Assembly (NCBI GenBank): GCA_043821365.1
Contig: JBDRCX010000006.1
Location: 192,001 to 256,000, forward strand
Reading direction: 5' to 3'
Source of the DNA: Candidatus Micrarchaeota archaeon
GTDB lineage: Archaea > Micrarchaeota > Micrarchaeia > Anstonellales > Bilamarchaeaceae
DNA: 64,000 nucleotides
A model generated the notes under the pieces. The model saw nothing but the letters and a program-made list of their open reading frames with translations, did not search any database and was not told where the DNA came from. This document shows, in pieces, positions 48,110 to 57,939 of the stretch. The position numbers were made by a program, and so were the translations under genes. How positions within the stretch are numbered: position 1 is the stretch's first letter; every line of letters starts with the position of its first letter.

Positions 48110-49507
48110 ATGGATAAGAAAACACAAAATCTTAAATTTATTTTTGCACCGAAGTCAGTGGCTGTTGTCGGAGCATCAGTTGTATCCAACAAAATAGGAA
48201 ATGTTCTTCTACGAAACTTATTGGACGCAAAATATCCTGGAAAAATATATCCAATTAACCCAAAATATAAAACTGTTTTGGGTCTTCAATGTTATCAGAA
48301 GATAACCGACGCCCCGGGGAAGATTGATTGTGTAATCATTGCAACTCCGGCAGAAACCGTGCCAGGGATTATGATTGATTGTGTGAAAAAGAAAGTTGGA
48401 GGAGTGATAGTCTTAAGTGGTGGATTTGAAGAGGTACATAGAGACGACCTTGCCCAGAAAATAAAGGATCTTGCAAATAATGCAAATATACCATTAATAG
48501 GACCTAATTGTCTTGGTGTTTTCAATCCATATACTAAAATTGACAGTATATTTTTACCTCAGTATAAACTAGAAAGACCCAAAGCAGGCGGAATAGCATT
48601 TATAACCCAGAGTGGCGCGGTTGGATCCACTGTGATGGATTTGGCTGCTTTCTATGGGATGGGGTTATCAAAATTCATTTCATATGGAAACTCGACGGTT
48701 ATGGATGAGAGTGATTATCTAGAATATCTAATGTATGATAAAGAAACAAAAATAATTATTTTGTATTTGGAAGGTGCAAAAGATGGTAGGAAACTCCTCC
48801 AAACAATGAAAAAAGTAAATAAAATAAAACCAATTATCGCACTGAAGGCAGGTAAAGGAACAGGAGGCCAAGCAGCCGCACGTTCACACACAGGAAATAT
48901 TGCAGGTAGTTATCTTGCATATAATGCAGCATTTAAACAAGCAAAAGTAACAGAAGCTGACGGAATAATAGAGGTTTTTGATTTTGTTAAAATCTTCAAC
49001 CAAACAAAACCAAAAGGAAATAGGGTTGCAGTTATAACAAATGGCGGGGGAATTGGAGTACTTACTACTGATTATATAGAACAAGAAGGCCTTTCTTTAG
49101 CAATATTCAATGAAGAAACAAAAAAAACATTGGCGAAAATTTTACCGTCCTATGGAACAGTGGCAAATCCATTAGATCTTGTTGCTGATGCAGGCGTTGA
49201 AGCTTATGAGAAAGCAATAGATGTTATGATGAATGATCAGAATGTGGACGCGTTGATTATCATTGTCCTTACACAAACGCCACCAATAGATGAAAGGATA
49301 ATACATACACTTGCAAAGGCAACTGATGATAAGAGGAAACCGATTGTAACTATTTCTATAGGTGGAACCTATACTGAGATTTATAGAAAAATATTAGAGA
49401 GTAAGGGTGTTCCTAGTTATAATTCCCCAAGAGCTGCTGTGGAAGCGTTGAAAAAGTTCATAATTTATTCTAGTTATTGTGAATGTTTGAAGAAAAAGAA
49501 AAGGTAG
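48110..49507 (+). CDS. acdA: ADP-forming acetyl-CoA synthetase alpha subunit
   Basis: PKSVAVVGAS, IGPNCLG, TQSGA, YLEG, AARSHTG, TNGGGIG and NPLDL motifs. Confidence 0.93.
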   Translation: MDKKTQNLKFIFAPKSVAVVGASVVSNKIGNVLLRNLLDAKYPGKIYPINPKYKTVLGLQCYQKITDAPGKIDCVIIATPAETVPGIMIDCVKKKVGGVIVLSGGFEEVHRDDLAQKIKDLANNANIPLIGPNCLGVFNPYTKIDSIFLPQYKLERPKAGGIAFITQSGAVGSTVMDLAAFYGMGLSKFISYGNSTVMDESDYLEYLMYDKETKIIILYLEGAKDGRKLLQTMKKVNKIKPIIALKAGKGTGGQAAARSHTGNIAGSYLAYNAAFKQAKVTEADGIIEVFDFVKIFNQTKPKGNRVAVITNGGGIGVLTTDYIEQEGLSLAIFNEETKKTLAKILPSYGTVANPLDLVADAGVEAYEKAIDVMMNDQNVDALIIIVLTQTPPIDERIIHTLAKATDDKRKPIVTISIGGTYTEIYRKILESKGVPSYNSPRAAVEALKKFIIYSSYCECLKKKKR

Positions 49508-49555
49508 GGGGGTTATAGTTCCACTAATATATTTATGTATAAATAAATAAAAATA

Positions 49556-49577
49556 TTATGTAACTATAGTTACATAA
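49556..49577. promoter_or_regulatory. Perfect 22-bp palindrome (probable operator)
   Basis: TTATGTAACTATAGTTACATAA is self-complementary and lies between an AT-rich TATA region and the GAGGT SD of the next gene. Confidence 0.7.
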
Positions 49578-49592
49578 CAAGAGGTTAAAAAA

Positions 49593-49832
49593 ATGCAAGT
49601 TGTTTATATTTATGATTTAAAAGCAAAAAACAAAAAAAAATTCAACCGCCTTAAAAGAGTCTTTTATTACCATTTAAACAAACTACCACTAAAAAAAGAA
49701 CATTGGAAAACAAAATCAACACTTTCAGTTAAAACAACACAAGAAAAACAACTTGATTTGTTCTTTAGACGTTTTCGAAAAGAAGTTATTGTATATAAGC
49801 TATACACAGACTTTATAGAAAGATTAGATTAG
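49593..49832 (+). CDS. Stand-alone Cas2/VapD-like small ferredoxin-fold protein
   Basis: MQVVYIYDL start, basic helix, KTKSTLSV (compare Cas2 RVQxSVFE), EVIVYKL; SD GAGGT. Confidence 0.55.
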   Translation: MQVVYIYDLKAKNKKKFNRLKRVFYYHLNKLPLKKEHWKTKSTLSVKTTQEKQLDLFFRRFRKEVIVYKLYTDFIERLD

Positions 49833-49848
49833 TGGAAGTATGGGGTCT

Positions 49849-51429
49849 CTATATTTCAAGTTCGCAAATATAAATATCAAAATCAAGACCAAAATTATTC
49901 ATTAATTCTTGTTTTACCTTACCAAAAACACCAACTTCTTTTTTATCAATCAAAACAACGCACGATGTTTCAGATTCAAAAATACTATTCTCTTTTTTCT
50001 CCAAATCACATTTTAGCCCAGCTTCAACAGCAACAGTCTGTAAATAACCCCGCATACCAGAAAAATCTAAAGTCTTATCCATAATACCAAAAACCAGCCT
50101 CTTTTTTGTTTTTTTCTGATGTACCTCCCCTATCTCATAAAATTTTTGGGGAACTGGCTTCATTTTATTTATGGTAAACACTTCTAATAACGGCCCAATC
50201 AAACTTGGTCTGACCACACAATAGTCTATATTATTTGGGTTCTCGATTTCAACAACATCCTCTTCCAGACCCAAAACCCCCAACCGTTCCTTATTTGTTA
50301 ATGTAAATGTTTTCAATTCTAAGAACCCCATCCCTCTCATTATATCATCAATATAATCCCATCTTTTTTTCCTATTACCAACAGTAAAGAAACCAGGCAC
50401 AGTTGGTATGAAGTTATTATATCCATAGGCAATAGCTATATCTTCAATAATATCTATTTCACCCAAAATATCTGCTCGGTATGGTGGTATGCTAACCACT
50501 CCTTTTTCATAATCATAACCCATCTTTTTCAGGAGTTTTTCAATTTCTATTTGTTTCAATTCAATTCCTAATATCCTAACTACTTTTTTTGTATCCAATT
50601 TCATCTTATTTAGTTTTAAATTTGGTGTAATGAAACTTTCTTTTTCGTATTTCATCAACACATCATAAACACTTCCACCCATATCTGAAAAAGTACAAAC
50701 CAAAATATTTAGGGCTGATTTACAAATCTCAAGATCAGAACCAGTTACTTCTATAAAAATCTCTTTTGTTGTTTCATCTACTTTCCCTGTTTCTGCAGAA
50801 TTAACAACCGGTATCAATGCCATCATTTTTTCATTAGCATCAATAAACACAGGGTATCGTTCTTTTCCTTTTAACAAATGCCCATATTCCTGTCCTTTTT
50901 TATGTTCATTTAATATCTCGTCAGCACTCATCTCCTTTTCATGTCCCAGTGGTCGATATTTTATTTCTCCGGGTTTTTTTGTTGTATATTTAACTGGGAA
51001 AACAATTCCACCTAATGGATAAACACCAAGACCAAATTTTTTCACTTTTCTTCCTAAAGTTCCTAATAATTTTTCTTGCAACAACACCATATCTCGTATT
51101 TTTTGATCATCAAAACAAAGTCCTTTTACAACAGCACAAACAGTGTATGGCCGTATTGTGTTGACTGATTTATCTACAACAACAACATAATCTGAATTAT
51201 TTGTTTTATATTTTGGAATTTTTTTATTGTGGTAAGCGCGCAATGCTCTAGCCAATCCTTCCATTGAATACCAATCTGGTCTGTTTGGTGTAAGCTCTGT
51301 TATTATTTTTTTTGTTTCTGGTTCGTATTCCGAAGGAGCACCCAATTCACTTAATGATAAAATAATTTGATCTTTAGGTAAATCAATTAATTTTTTCATT
51401 TCTTCATAGCTATATTCTACAACTACCAT
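49849..51429 (-). CDS. pheT: Phenylalanine--tRNA ligase beta subunit (archaeal type)
   Basis: TPNRPDW, RPYTVCAVV, QEKL, PPYRADILGEIDIIEDIAIAYGY, ENP and FYEIG motifs. Confidence 0.95.
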   Translation of the reverse strand: MVVVEYSYEEMKKLIDLPKDQIILSLSELGAPSEYEPETKKIITELTPNRPDWYSMEGLARALRAYHNKKIPKYKTNNSDYVVVVDKSVNTIRPYTVCAVVKGLCFDDQKIRDMVLLQEKLLGTLGRKVKKFGLGVYPLGGIVFPVKYTTKKPGEIKYRPLGHEKEMSADEILNEHKKGQEYGHLLKGKERYPVFIDANEKMMALIPVVNSAETGKVDETTKEIFIEVTGSDLEICKSALNILVCTFSDMGGSVYDVLMKYEKESFITPNLKLNKMKLDTKKVVRILGIELKQIEIEKLLKKMGYDYEKGVVSIPPYRADILGEIDIIEDIAIAYGYNNFIPTVPGFFTVGNRKKRWDYIDDIMRGMGFLELKTFTLTNKERLGVLGLEEDVVEIENPNNIDYCVVRPSLIGPLLEVFTINKMKPVPQKFYEIGEVHQKKTKKRLVFGIMDKTLDFSGMRGYLQTVAVEAGLKCDLEKKENSIFESETSCVVLIDKKEVGVFGKVKQELMNNFGLDFDIYICELEI

Positions 51430-52841
51430 TACAATTCACCAGCCTTTACCTTTGCTGCATAATCCACTACATATTTCGTCGGGTAATCTTCATTAAGGCA
51501 GCCAGTACATAAGGGAAGTCCAAGAGCTTCCTTAAGCCCCTCAATTGATATATAATGAAGGCTGTCTGCATCTAAATATTTTCCTATTTCTCCAACTGTT
51601 TTTTTATTTGCTATTAATTCGTTATATGTTGACATATCCACACCATAAAAACAAGGTGCCTTTACTGGTGGGCAAGTTATCCTCAAATGAACTTCTTTTG
51701 CTCCTGCACCCCTTACAAGAGCTACAATCTCTTTGAGTGTAGTGCCCCTAACAATACTATCATCAACTAATACAATTCGTTTACCCTCAATGATACTTTT
51801 TAATGGATTTAATTTTAATTTAACTGCATCAACTCTTTTTTCTTGGTTCGGCATGATGAATGTTCTGCCTATATACCTGTTTTTGATCAATCCTTCTTCA
51901 TATGAAATATTGAGTGCATTTGCATAACTTGCTGCAGCGGGCCGTGACGTGTCTGGTACTGCAACTACTACATCTGCTTTTACTGGCGCTTCTTTTGCTA
52001 GTCTCTCACCCAACTTCCGTCGTGCCGTATATACACAAACATCATTTAGTACAGAATCAGGTCTTGCAAAATATACATATTCAAACATACAATGCCGTGG
52101 CTCTTTTTTCTTTACCATCCTTCTATCTATTTTTCCATCATTGATTATTACTCGTTCTCCACCTTTAACAATTCCTTTGTATGGTATGTTGTTGATATCC
52201 AAAGCAACAGTTTCAGAAGCAAAACAAATCAAATCCTCACTTTCCCCCCATACCAAAGGCCGAATTGCGTGTGGGTCTCTAAAAATAATCAACTTATTTT
52301 GAAAGATTACTACATCAGAATAAGATCCCTCAACAGTAGTCATTACTGTTTCTATTCCTTTTTCTATATCTTTTTTATCATGTATAATGTACGCAATTGG
52401 CTCAGAATCTACAGTACTGTCAAAAGTATAACTCTTACTTTCAAGATGTTTTTTCAATTCATCATAATTGGCAACATGCCCATTATGCGCAGTTGCTATT
52501 CCTTGGAACACAGTTGGCTGAACATCACACTCTCTACACTCACCTATCGTCGGATATCTAGTATGCCCTATCCCAATATGTCCTTTTGCTTTAAGGTTTT
52601 CTGGTTTGAATATTTGGTCAACTACACCAACCCCCCTGTGTAGTTCTATCTTTTTCCCATCAAAAACAGCAAACCCCGCAGCGTCTTGGCCTCTATGTTG
52701 CAGTGCAATTAAAGCACGGTATAGGTATGGGGCAACGTCTGCTCTGCTTTTTGAGTATATCCCAACTATCCCACATTCTTCTCTCTTTTCCTCATCCCAA
52801 GTAGTAGAATCACTCGTACCAAAATAAGTAGTTATTACCAT
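51429..52841 (-). CDS. purF: Amidophosphoribosyltransferase (Fe-S, propeptide type)
   Basis: EECGIVG, LQHRGQ, GHTRY, HNG, CMFEYVYFARPDS, LVDDSIVRGTT, PCFYGVD and CTGC motifs. Confidence 0.97.
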   Translation of the reverse strand: MVITTYFGTSDSTTWDEEKREECGIVGIYSKSRADVAPYLYRALIALQHRGQDAAGFAVFDGKKIELHRGVGVVDQIFKPENLKAKGHIGIGHTRYPTIGECRECDVQPTVFQGIATAHNGHVANYDELKKHLESKSYTFDSTVDSEPIAYIIHDKKDIEKGIETVMTTVEGSYSDVVIFQNKLIIFRDPHAIRPLVWGESEDLICFASETVALDINNIPYKGIVKGGERVIINDGKIDRRMVKKKEPRHCMFEYVYFARPDSVLNDVCVYTARRKLGERLAKEAPVKADVVVAVPDTSRPAAASYANALNISYEEGLIKNRYIGRTFIMPNQEKRVDAVKLKLNPLKSIIEGKRIVLVDDSIVRGTTLKEIVALVRGAGAKEVHLRITCPPVKAPCFYGVDMSTYNELIANKKTVGEIGKYLDADSLHYISIEGLKEALGLPLCTGCLNEDYPTKYVVDYAAKVKAGEL

Positions 52842-52909
52842 ATCTGTTATATATTCAGTTTGCTTTTAATCTTTTCTAGCTATTCATATTATGTCAAGGT
52901 GTAATTTTT

Positions 52910-54070
52910 ATGAGACGAGTTGCAATTATAGGAGCTGGTATGACAACATTTGGCGAGCACTGGGAACAGGGCTTTAGGGATCTTGTTGTTGAAGCTGGAA
53001 TCAAAGCAATTACAGACGCAGGAATCTCAGGTGATCAAATAAATGCTGGTTTTATTGGGACTATGGCCTCTGGCAGATTAATTGGTCAGGAACATATTGG
53101 AGGACTTATAGCAGATTACATGGGACTTACTCCAATACCAATTACTCGTGTTGAGGGAGCGTGTGCATCTGGTGCATTAGCGTTGAGACAGGGGGTTATG
53201 GCAGTTGCGTCTGGCATGCACGATTTGGTAGTTGTTGGTGGAGTAGAAAAAATGACTGATTTGGGTGTTAACACAGTTAGTGATATTCTTGGAGGGGCAG
53301 GAGACCAAGAATGGGAGCTTTTTTTAGGTGCGACATTCCCTGCAATCTATGCTTTAATGGCAAAACGTCATATGTTAGAATATAATACAACAGAAGAAAT
53401 GCTTGCAAGTGTTGCTGTGAAAAACCACAAACACGGAGCAAAAAACAAATATGCACAATTTCAAAAAGAAATAACCATTGATGCAGTACTAAAATCAAAA
53501 ATGATCGCAGACCCATTGAAAGTTTTCGATTGCTCTCCAATTAGTGATGGTGCTGCAGGGGTCATACTTGCACCTTTGGACATGGCACATAGTTTCACTA
53601 AAAAACCAATTGAAATAATTGCAAGTGCTCAAGCAAGTGACAGCATTGCATTACAATCAAGAGAAACATTATCTAGTCTCAAAGCAACTCAGGTTGCTGG
53701 TAAAAAAGCATATGAGATGGCAAAACTATCACCTAAAGACATTAATTTTGCTGAACTTCACGATTGTTTTACTATTGCAGAGATAATGGCAATTGAAGAT
53801 CTTGGTTTCTTCCCTAAAGGACAAGGGGGTCCTGCATCTTTAGAAGGAAAAACTAGTTTTGGTGGAGAAATAGTGACAAATACTTCTGGCGGGCTGAAAG
53901 CCTGTGGCCATCCTGTTGGCGCCACTGGTATAAAACAAGCGGTTGAATGTGTTTGGCAACTTCGAGGAGAAGCAGAAGGCAGACAAGTTAAAGATGCGCA
54001 TATTGGTTTAAGCCAAAATGTTGGTGGAAGTGGTGCAACTGCGGTTGTTCATATTTATAAAAATCTTTGA
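52910..54070 (+). CDS. Archaeal acetoacetyl-CoA thiolase
   Basis: VEGACASG, VGGVEKM, KNH, CSPISDGAA, ELHDCF and GHPVGATG motifs. Confidence 0.93.
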   Translation: MRRVAIIGAGMTTFGEHWEQGFRDLVVEAGIKAITDAGISGDQINAGFIGTMASGRLIGQEHIGGLIADYMGLTPIPITRVEGACASGALALRQGVMAVASGMHDLVVVGGVEKMTDLGVNTVSDILGGAGDQEWELFLGATFPAIYALMAKRHMLEYNTTEEMLASVAVKNHKHGAKNKYAQFQKEITIDAVLKSKMIADPLKVFDCSPISDGAAGVILAPLDMAHSFTKKPIEIIASAQASDSIALQSRETLSSLKATQVAGKKAYEMAKLSPKDINFAELHDCFTIAEIMAIEDLGFFPKGQGGPASLEGKTSFGGEIVTNTSGGLKACGHPVGATGIKQAVECVWQLRGEAEGRQVKDAHIGLSQNVGGSGATAVVHIYKNL

Positions 54071-54116
54071 TTCTTTTAAAATTCTAGTTTTAACTTCTTA
54101 AATAAAAAACAAAGAA

Positions 54117-54695
54117 TTAAGGTGATGAACATGCACCATTATTACATTGGCAATTGTATTCTGTTGAAACTACTGCTCCATTAGAACAATAAAATTCAAT
54201 CAATTGGTTTGGTCCGTTACAATAATCTGTTTGGTTAGCTACATCGTTATATGTGGTTCCAGAAGAGTTAAATACAATCCCTCCATCACCATCAGTACAT
54301 GGACCATTACCAGAATTATTGGTGTTCTTACCAAATAACCAGTCAAAAAATCCACCGACTCCTTTGCCTCTAAATAGGTCGCTGTCTAATCCCAATTTAA
54401 ATCTCTGTGGTTTTTCTCTTTGTAATCCCTTACCAGTATCAAAAAAATCAACTGACCCAGATTTATAATAATCAAATACTTTTGTTTTTGGTGTAGATGA
54501 CCTTGCAATTCCAACCCCTAAATTCATAAGGTTTCCTCCTGTGAAACCAAACATCGCTTTTCCAACGTTATCACAAAACTCATTTGGCGATCCACCACTA
54601 CAAATAGTATGGGGATCACTAGGGGGAGGAGCCTGTACGGCTGCAAACACAATTCCACCAAGAACAAAAACCAACAAAACAGTCAAAATTCTCAT
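54117..54695 (-). CDS. Secreted protein with Cys-rich C-terminal module
   Basis: Signal peptide; CTDGDGG...TDYC...LIEFYC...CQCNNGAC. Confidence 0.75.
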   Translation of the reverse strand: MRILTVLLVFVLGGIVFAAVQAPPPSDPHTICSGGSPNEFCDNVGKAMFGFTGGNLMNLGVGIARSSTPKTKVFDYYKSGSVDFFDTGKGLQREKPQRFKLGLDSDLFRGKGVGGFFDWLFGKNTNNSGNGPCTDGDGGIVFNSSGTTYNDVANQTDYCNGPNQLIEFYCSNGAVVSTEYNCQCNNGACSSP

Positions 54696-54766
54696 ATGTT
54701 TATTTCTACATCCAAGCTTTTTAAATCTGGCTTACGCTAGGTTTTCTAATAAAAAAAAAGATAAAA

Positions 54767-55189
54767 TTAGTTTCTATTCTTTATTAACATCTGTTCCTTT
54801 CCTATCATTGTGACTTGTGGTTTTCCATGATTGGCTCTATTATATAACATTCCATGCCAATCACCCAAACCAAAAGTTTCGTCCAGAAGCTTGATTACTT
54901 CTTTTTCATCAAAAATTCTACATGAATACAAGTCAAAATAAATTTCGTTCTCTCCGTTTTCATGAGTGAAAAGATGTAACGAACAATGGCTGGTTGTAAT
55001 CATTTGTACAAAGCTTTGACCAGGAAAATCAAGGTCTTCTGCGTCTGACCAATTTAACGGTCCAAGTGGTTTCATATTCACTGTCTTCATTAACCTATCC
55101 ACAAAACGCTGCGCATCATCCTTTGGCAATGCCTTGAAATTCGGACTTATCTTAGCGTTCACAGTTATGTGTACATGTTCTAATTTCAT
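54767..55189 (-). CDS. Pyruvoyl-dependent decarboxylase proenzyme, AdoMetDC/SpeD-like
   Basis: GQSFVQMITT-SHCSLH self-cleavage region and YFDLYSC. Confidence 0.8.
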   Translation of the reverse strand: MKLEHVHITVNAKISPNFKALPKDDAQRFVDRLMKTVNMKPLGPLNWSDAEDLDFPGQSFVQMITTSHCSLHLFTHENGENEIYFDLYSCRIFDEKEVIKLLDETFGLGDWHGMLYNRANHGKPQVTMIGKEQMLIKNRN

Positions 55190-55469
55190 TTTGCATCTTG
55201 GTAAATTTCTTTTCGCTATAAATTTAAAAGCTTAATCCCAATTTCTCGAGATTAGGGCCAGATTTTTCATTTTTTTCTCCATTTGTTTTACAAATGCAGC
55301 AATGCTGTGGCTCAAATTTACCGTTTCTTCTTTTATTCTATTTATTTTAAAAACCTTTCATTCCACTTTTTGCAACTTTCCATTACCAATGATAATTCCA
55401 AAACATTATATAATACTAATCTGTAATTTTACTAAGGGCAGAGGGGCCTTATTTTTAGAGGAGAGAAAA

Positions 55470-56108
55470 ATGGAGATAGAAGTAGTACCAGCTATTCTTG
55501 TAAAAAATAGGGAAGACCTCCTGCACCGCATCAATCTTGTTATTAATCTAGTAAAAGAAATACAGTTGGACATAATGGACGGAAAATTTGTGCCGAACAA
55601 AACAATTGGTCTTGAGTCCCTCAGCAATCTCCCAGATACAATCTATGAATTTCATTGGATGGTTTTCGAACCAGAAAGATACATCGCACAGATAAAAGGT
55701 CCAAATATTCATCTTGTACATGTGGAAACAATAACATCCATAAAGACAATTCAATCATCTGTGAAAAAGGCCGGGGGCAAACTTGGATTTGCAATAAACC
55801 CAGAAACCCCATTAGAAAAATTATTACCATTGATCGAACAAACCAAACCTGTGAGAATTTTAATCATGACAGTCCATCCTGGATTTTCCGGTCAGAAATA
55901 TATTATGGATATGAAAACCAAAATACAAAAACTTCGTTCACTCTATCCAAAACTAGATATAGAAGTCGATGGTGGTATAAACGAAGAAACTGGTCGCCAT
56001 GCTTATGAAGCTGGCGCAAACATACTTGCAGCAGCAAGTTCAATCTTTTCTTCTTCAGATATAAAAAAATCAATTGATAATTTAAAAAAAATTGGTGGGT
56101 CAAAATGA
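55470..56108 (+). CDS. rpe: Ribulose-phosphate 3-epimerase
   Basis: LDIMDGKFVPN, FHWMV, HVE, AINPETP, MTVHPGFSGQ and VDGGI motifs. Confidence 0.93.
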   Translation: MEIEVVPAILVKNREDLLHRINLVINLVKEIQLDIMDGKFVPNKTIGLESLSNLPDTIYEFHWMVFEPERYIAQIKGPNIHLVHVETITSIKTIQSSVKKAGGKLGFAINPETPLEKLLPLIEQTKPVRILIMTVHPGFSGQKYIMDMKTKIQKLRSLYPKLDIEVDGGINEETGRHAYEAGANILAAASSIFSSSDIKKSIDNLKKIGGSK

Positions 56109-56947
56109 AATTAGAAACAAAAGAATTGAAATTAATGGCCAATACAATCCGACAAGATATTGTAAAAATGTTGGTAGAAGCAAAGAGTGGCCATCCTGGC
56201 GGGTCTCTTGGCATGGCAGATATTTTTTCTGTGTTGTATTTTCATACTTTAAGACACGATCCAAAACTACCGAAATGGGAAGATAGAGATAGATTTGTTT
56301 TATCTAATGGTCACATCTGCCCTGTTCTTTATGCAACTTTAGCAAATGCAGATTATTTCCCCAAGAGCGAGCTTATGACTTTACGTAAAATTGGTTCTAA
56401 GCTACAAGGACACCCTCACAAAGGAACACTGCCAGGTATTGAAAACTCATCTGGCCCATTAGGCCAGGGAATTTCACAAGCAGTTGGAATGGCTATTGTT
56501 GCTAAAAAAGAAAAAAAATCATGGAGAGTATATTCTGTTGTTGGCGATGGGGAATTAAACGAAGGTCAGGCATGGGAAGCATTTATGCTTGCTTCCAAAT
56601 ACAAACTAGACAATCTTGTTTTCATAGTTGATAGAAATAACATTCAGATCGATGGGACTACGGACGAAGTGTTGCCTTTGGAACCATTGGCAGATAAATT
56701 TCGTTCTTTTGGATTTGCAGTAATAGAAACTGCTGGAAATGATGTAAGTTCAATTATAAATGCATTAGAAAACACCAAAAAAATTTCCAACGAACCAATA
56801 GTTATAATTGCAAAAACAATGCCTGGAAAAGGAGTTTCATTTATGGAAGGTAAATTTAGTTGGCATGGAAAAGCACCAAACAAGGAACAAGCTGAGCTTG
56901 CAATAACAGAACTTGAAAATGAAAGAAAATTATTGGAGGTGGCCTAA
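56105..56947 (+). CDS. Transketolase, N-terminal (TPP-binding) subunit
   Basis: SGHPGGSL, DRFVLSNGH, LQGHP, SGPLGQG and GDGELNEGQAWE motifs. Confidence 0.95.
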   Translation: MKLETKELKLMANTIRQDIVKMLVEAKSGHPGGSLGMADIFSVLYFHTLRHDPKLPKWEDRDRFVLSNGHICPVLYATLANADYFPKSELMTLRKIGSKLQGHPHKGTLPGIENSSGPLGQGISQAVGMAIVAKKEKKSWRVYSVVGDGELNEGQAWEAFMLASKYKLDNLVFIVDRNNIQIDGTTDEVLPLEPLADKFRSFGFAVIETAGNDVSSIINALENTKKISNEPIVIIAKTMPGKGVSFMEGKFSWHGKAPNKEQAELAITELENERKLLEVA

Positions 56948-57913
56948 ATGCGTGTGCCCGATCTTTTTTCTGATAATATTCCAAAAAAAGCAAGTAGAGA
57001 CGGTTTTGGTAAAGCATTGGTTGAGCTTGCTGAAAAAAATCCAAATATTTGGGCGCTAACTGCAGATGTTTCTGAGTCAACAAGAACCCACTGGTTTGCA
57101 GAAAAATTTCCAGACAGATTTGTTCAAGTTGGAGTGGCAGAACAAAATCTTGCAGGTGTTGCTGCAGGAATTGCGGCATGTGATAAAATCGCATTTATTT
57201 CCGCGTTTGCAGCATTTTCTCCAGGAAGAAACTTTGATCAGATTCGTGTTTCTATTTGCTATAACAAATCAAATGTGAAAATACATGCATCTCATGCTGG
57301 AGTTAGTGTTGGTCCTGATGGTGCCTCCCATCAAATTCTTGAAGATATTGCAATGATGCGTGCGCTTCCTAATATGGTTGTTGTTGTTCCTGCTGATGTT
57401 GAAGAAGCAAAAAAAGCAACATTACAATCTGTGAAATACGATCAACCAGTCTACATACGCACCTCTCGTGAAAACACACCTGTTTTTACTACTCCAGAAA
57501 CACCATTTGAAATCGGCAAAGCTCTGGTTTTGAAAGATGGCAAAGACATCGCAATCTTTGCATGTGGTTTACAGGTGTATCAGGCACTTAAGGCAGCTGA
57601 GGTATTAGAAAGAAAAGGATTTAGTGCAGCTGTCATCAATCTTCACACAATCAAACCAATTGATATTGATACAATTGTGTTATATGCTAAAAAATGCAAA
57701 TTTATCCTCACTGCAGAAGACCATCAGATTAATGGCGGTATGGGAAGTGCAGTTGCAGAAGTTCTTTCTGAACATCACCCAACAAAAATGAAACGTCTTG
57801 GGATGCGTGATAGCTTTGCAGAATCAGGTAACTGTACAGAACTTTACAAAAAATATGGTTTAGATGCAGAAGGAATAGAAAAAGCTGCCATGGGTATGTT
57901 AATTATTGAATAG
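56948..57913 (+). CDS. Transketolase, C-terminal subunit
   Basis: GVAEQN, VGPDGASHQ, PVYIRTSR, IKPID and EDH motifs. Confidence 0.95.
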   Translation: MRVPDLFSDNIPKKASRDGFGKALVELAEKNPNIWALTADVSESTRTHWFAEKFPDRFVQVGVAEQNLAGVAAGIAACDKIAFISAFAAFSPGRNFDQIRVSICYNKSNVKIHASHAGVSVGPDGASHQILEDIAMMRALPNMVVVVPADVEEAKKATLQSVKYDQPVYIRTSRENTPVFTTPETPFEIGKALVLKDGKDIAIFACGLQVYQALKAAEVLERKGFSAAVINLHTIKPIDIDTIVLYAKKCKFILTAEDHQINGGMGSAVAEVLSEHHPTKMKRLGMRDSFAESGNCTELYKKYGLDAEGIEKAAMGMLIIE

Positions 57914-57939
57914 TTACGGAGTATACTAAAGGTGAGATT

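Noticed and set aside
49593-49832. CRISPR-Cas locus
   Set aside because: No repeat-spacer array or other cas genes anywhere in the window.
52776-52841. Longer than usual (22-aa) PurF propeptide
   Set aside because: Propeptide length varies and the start is uncertain; no evidence of a new function.
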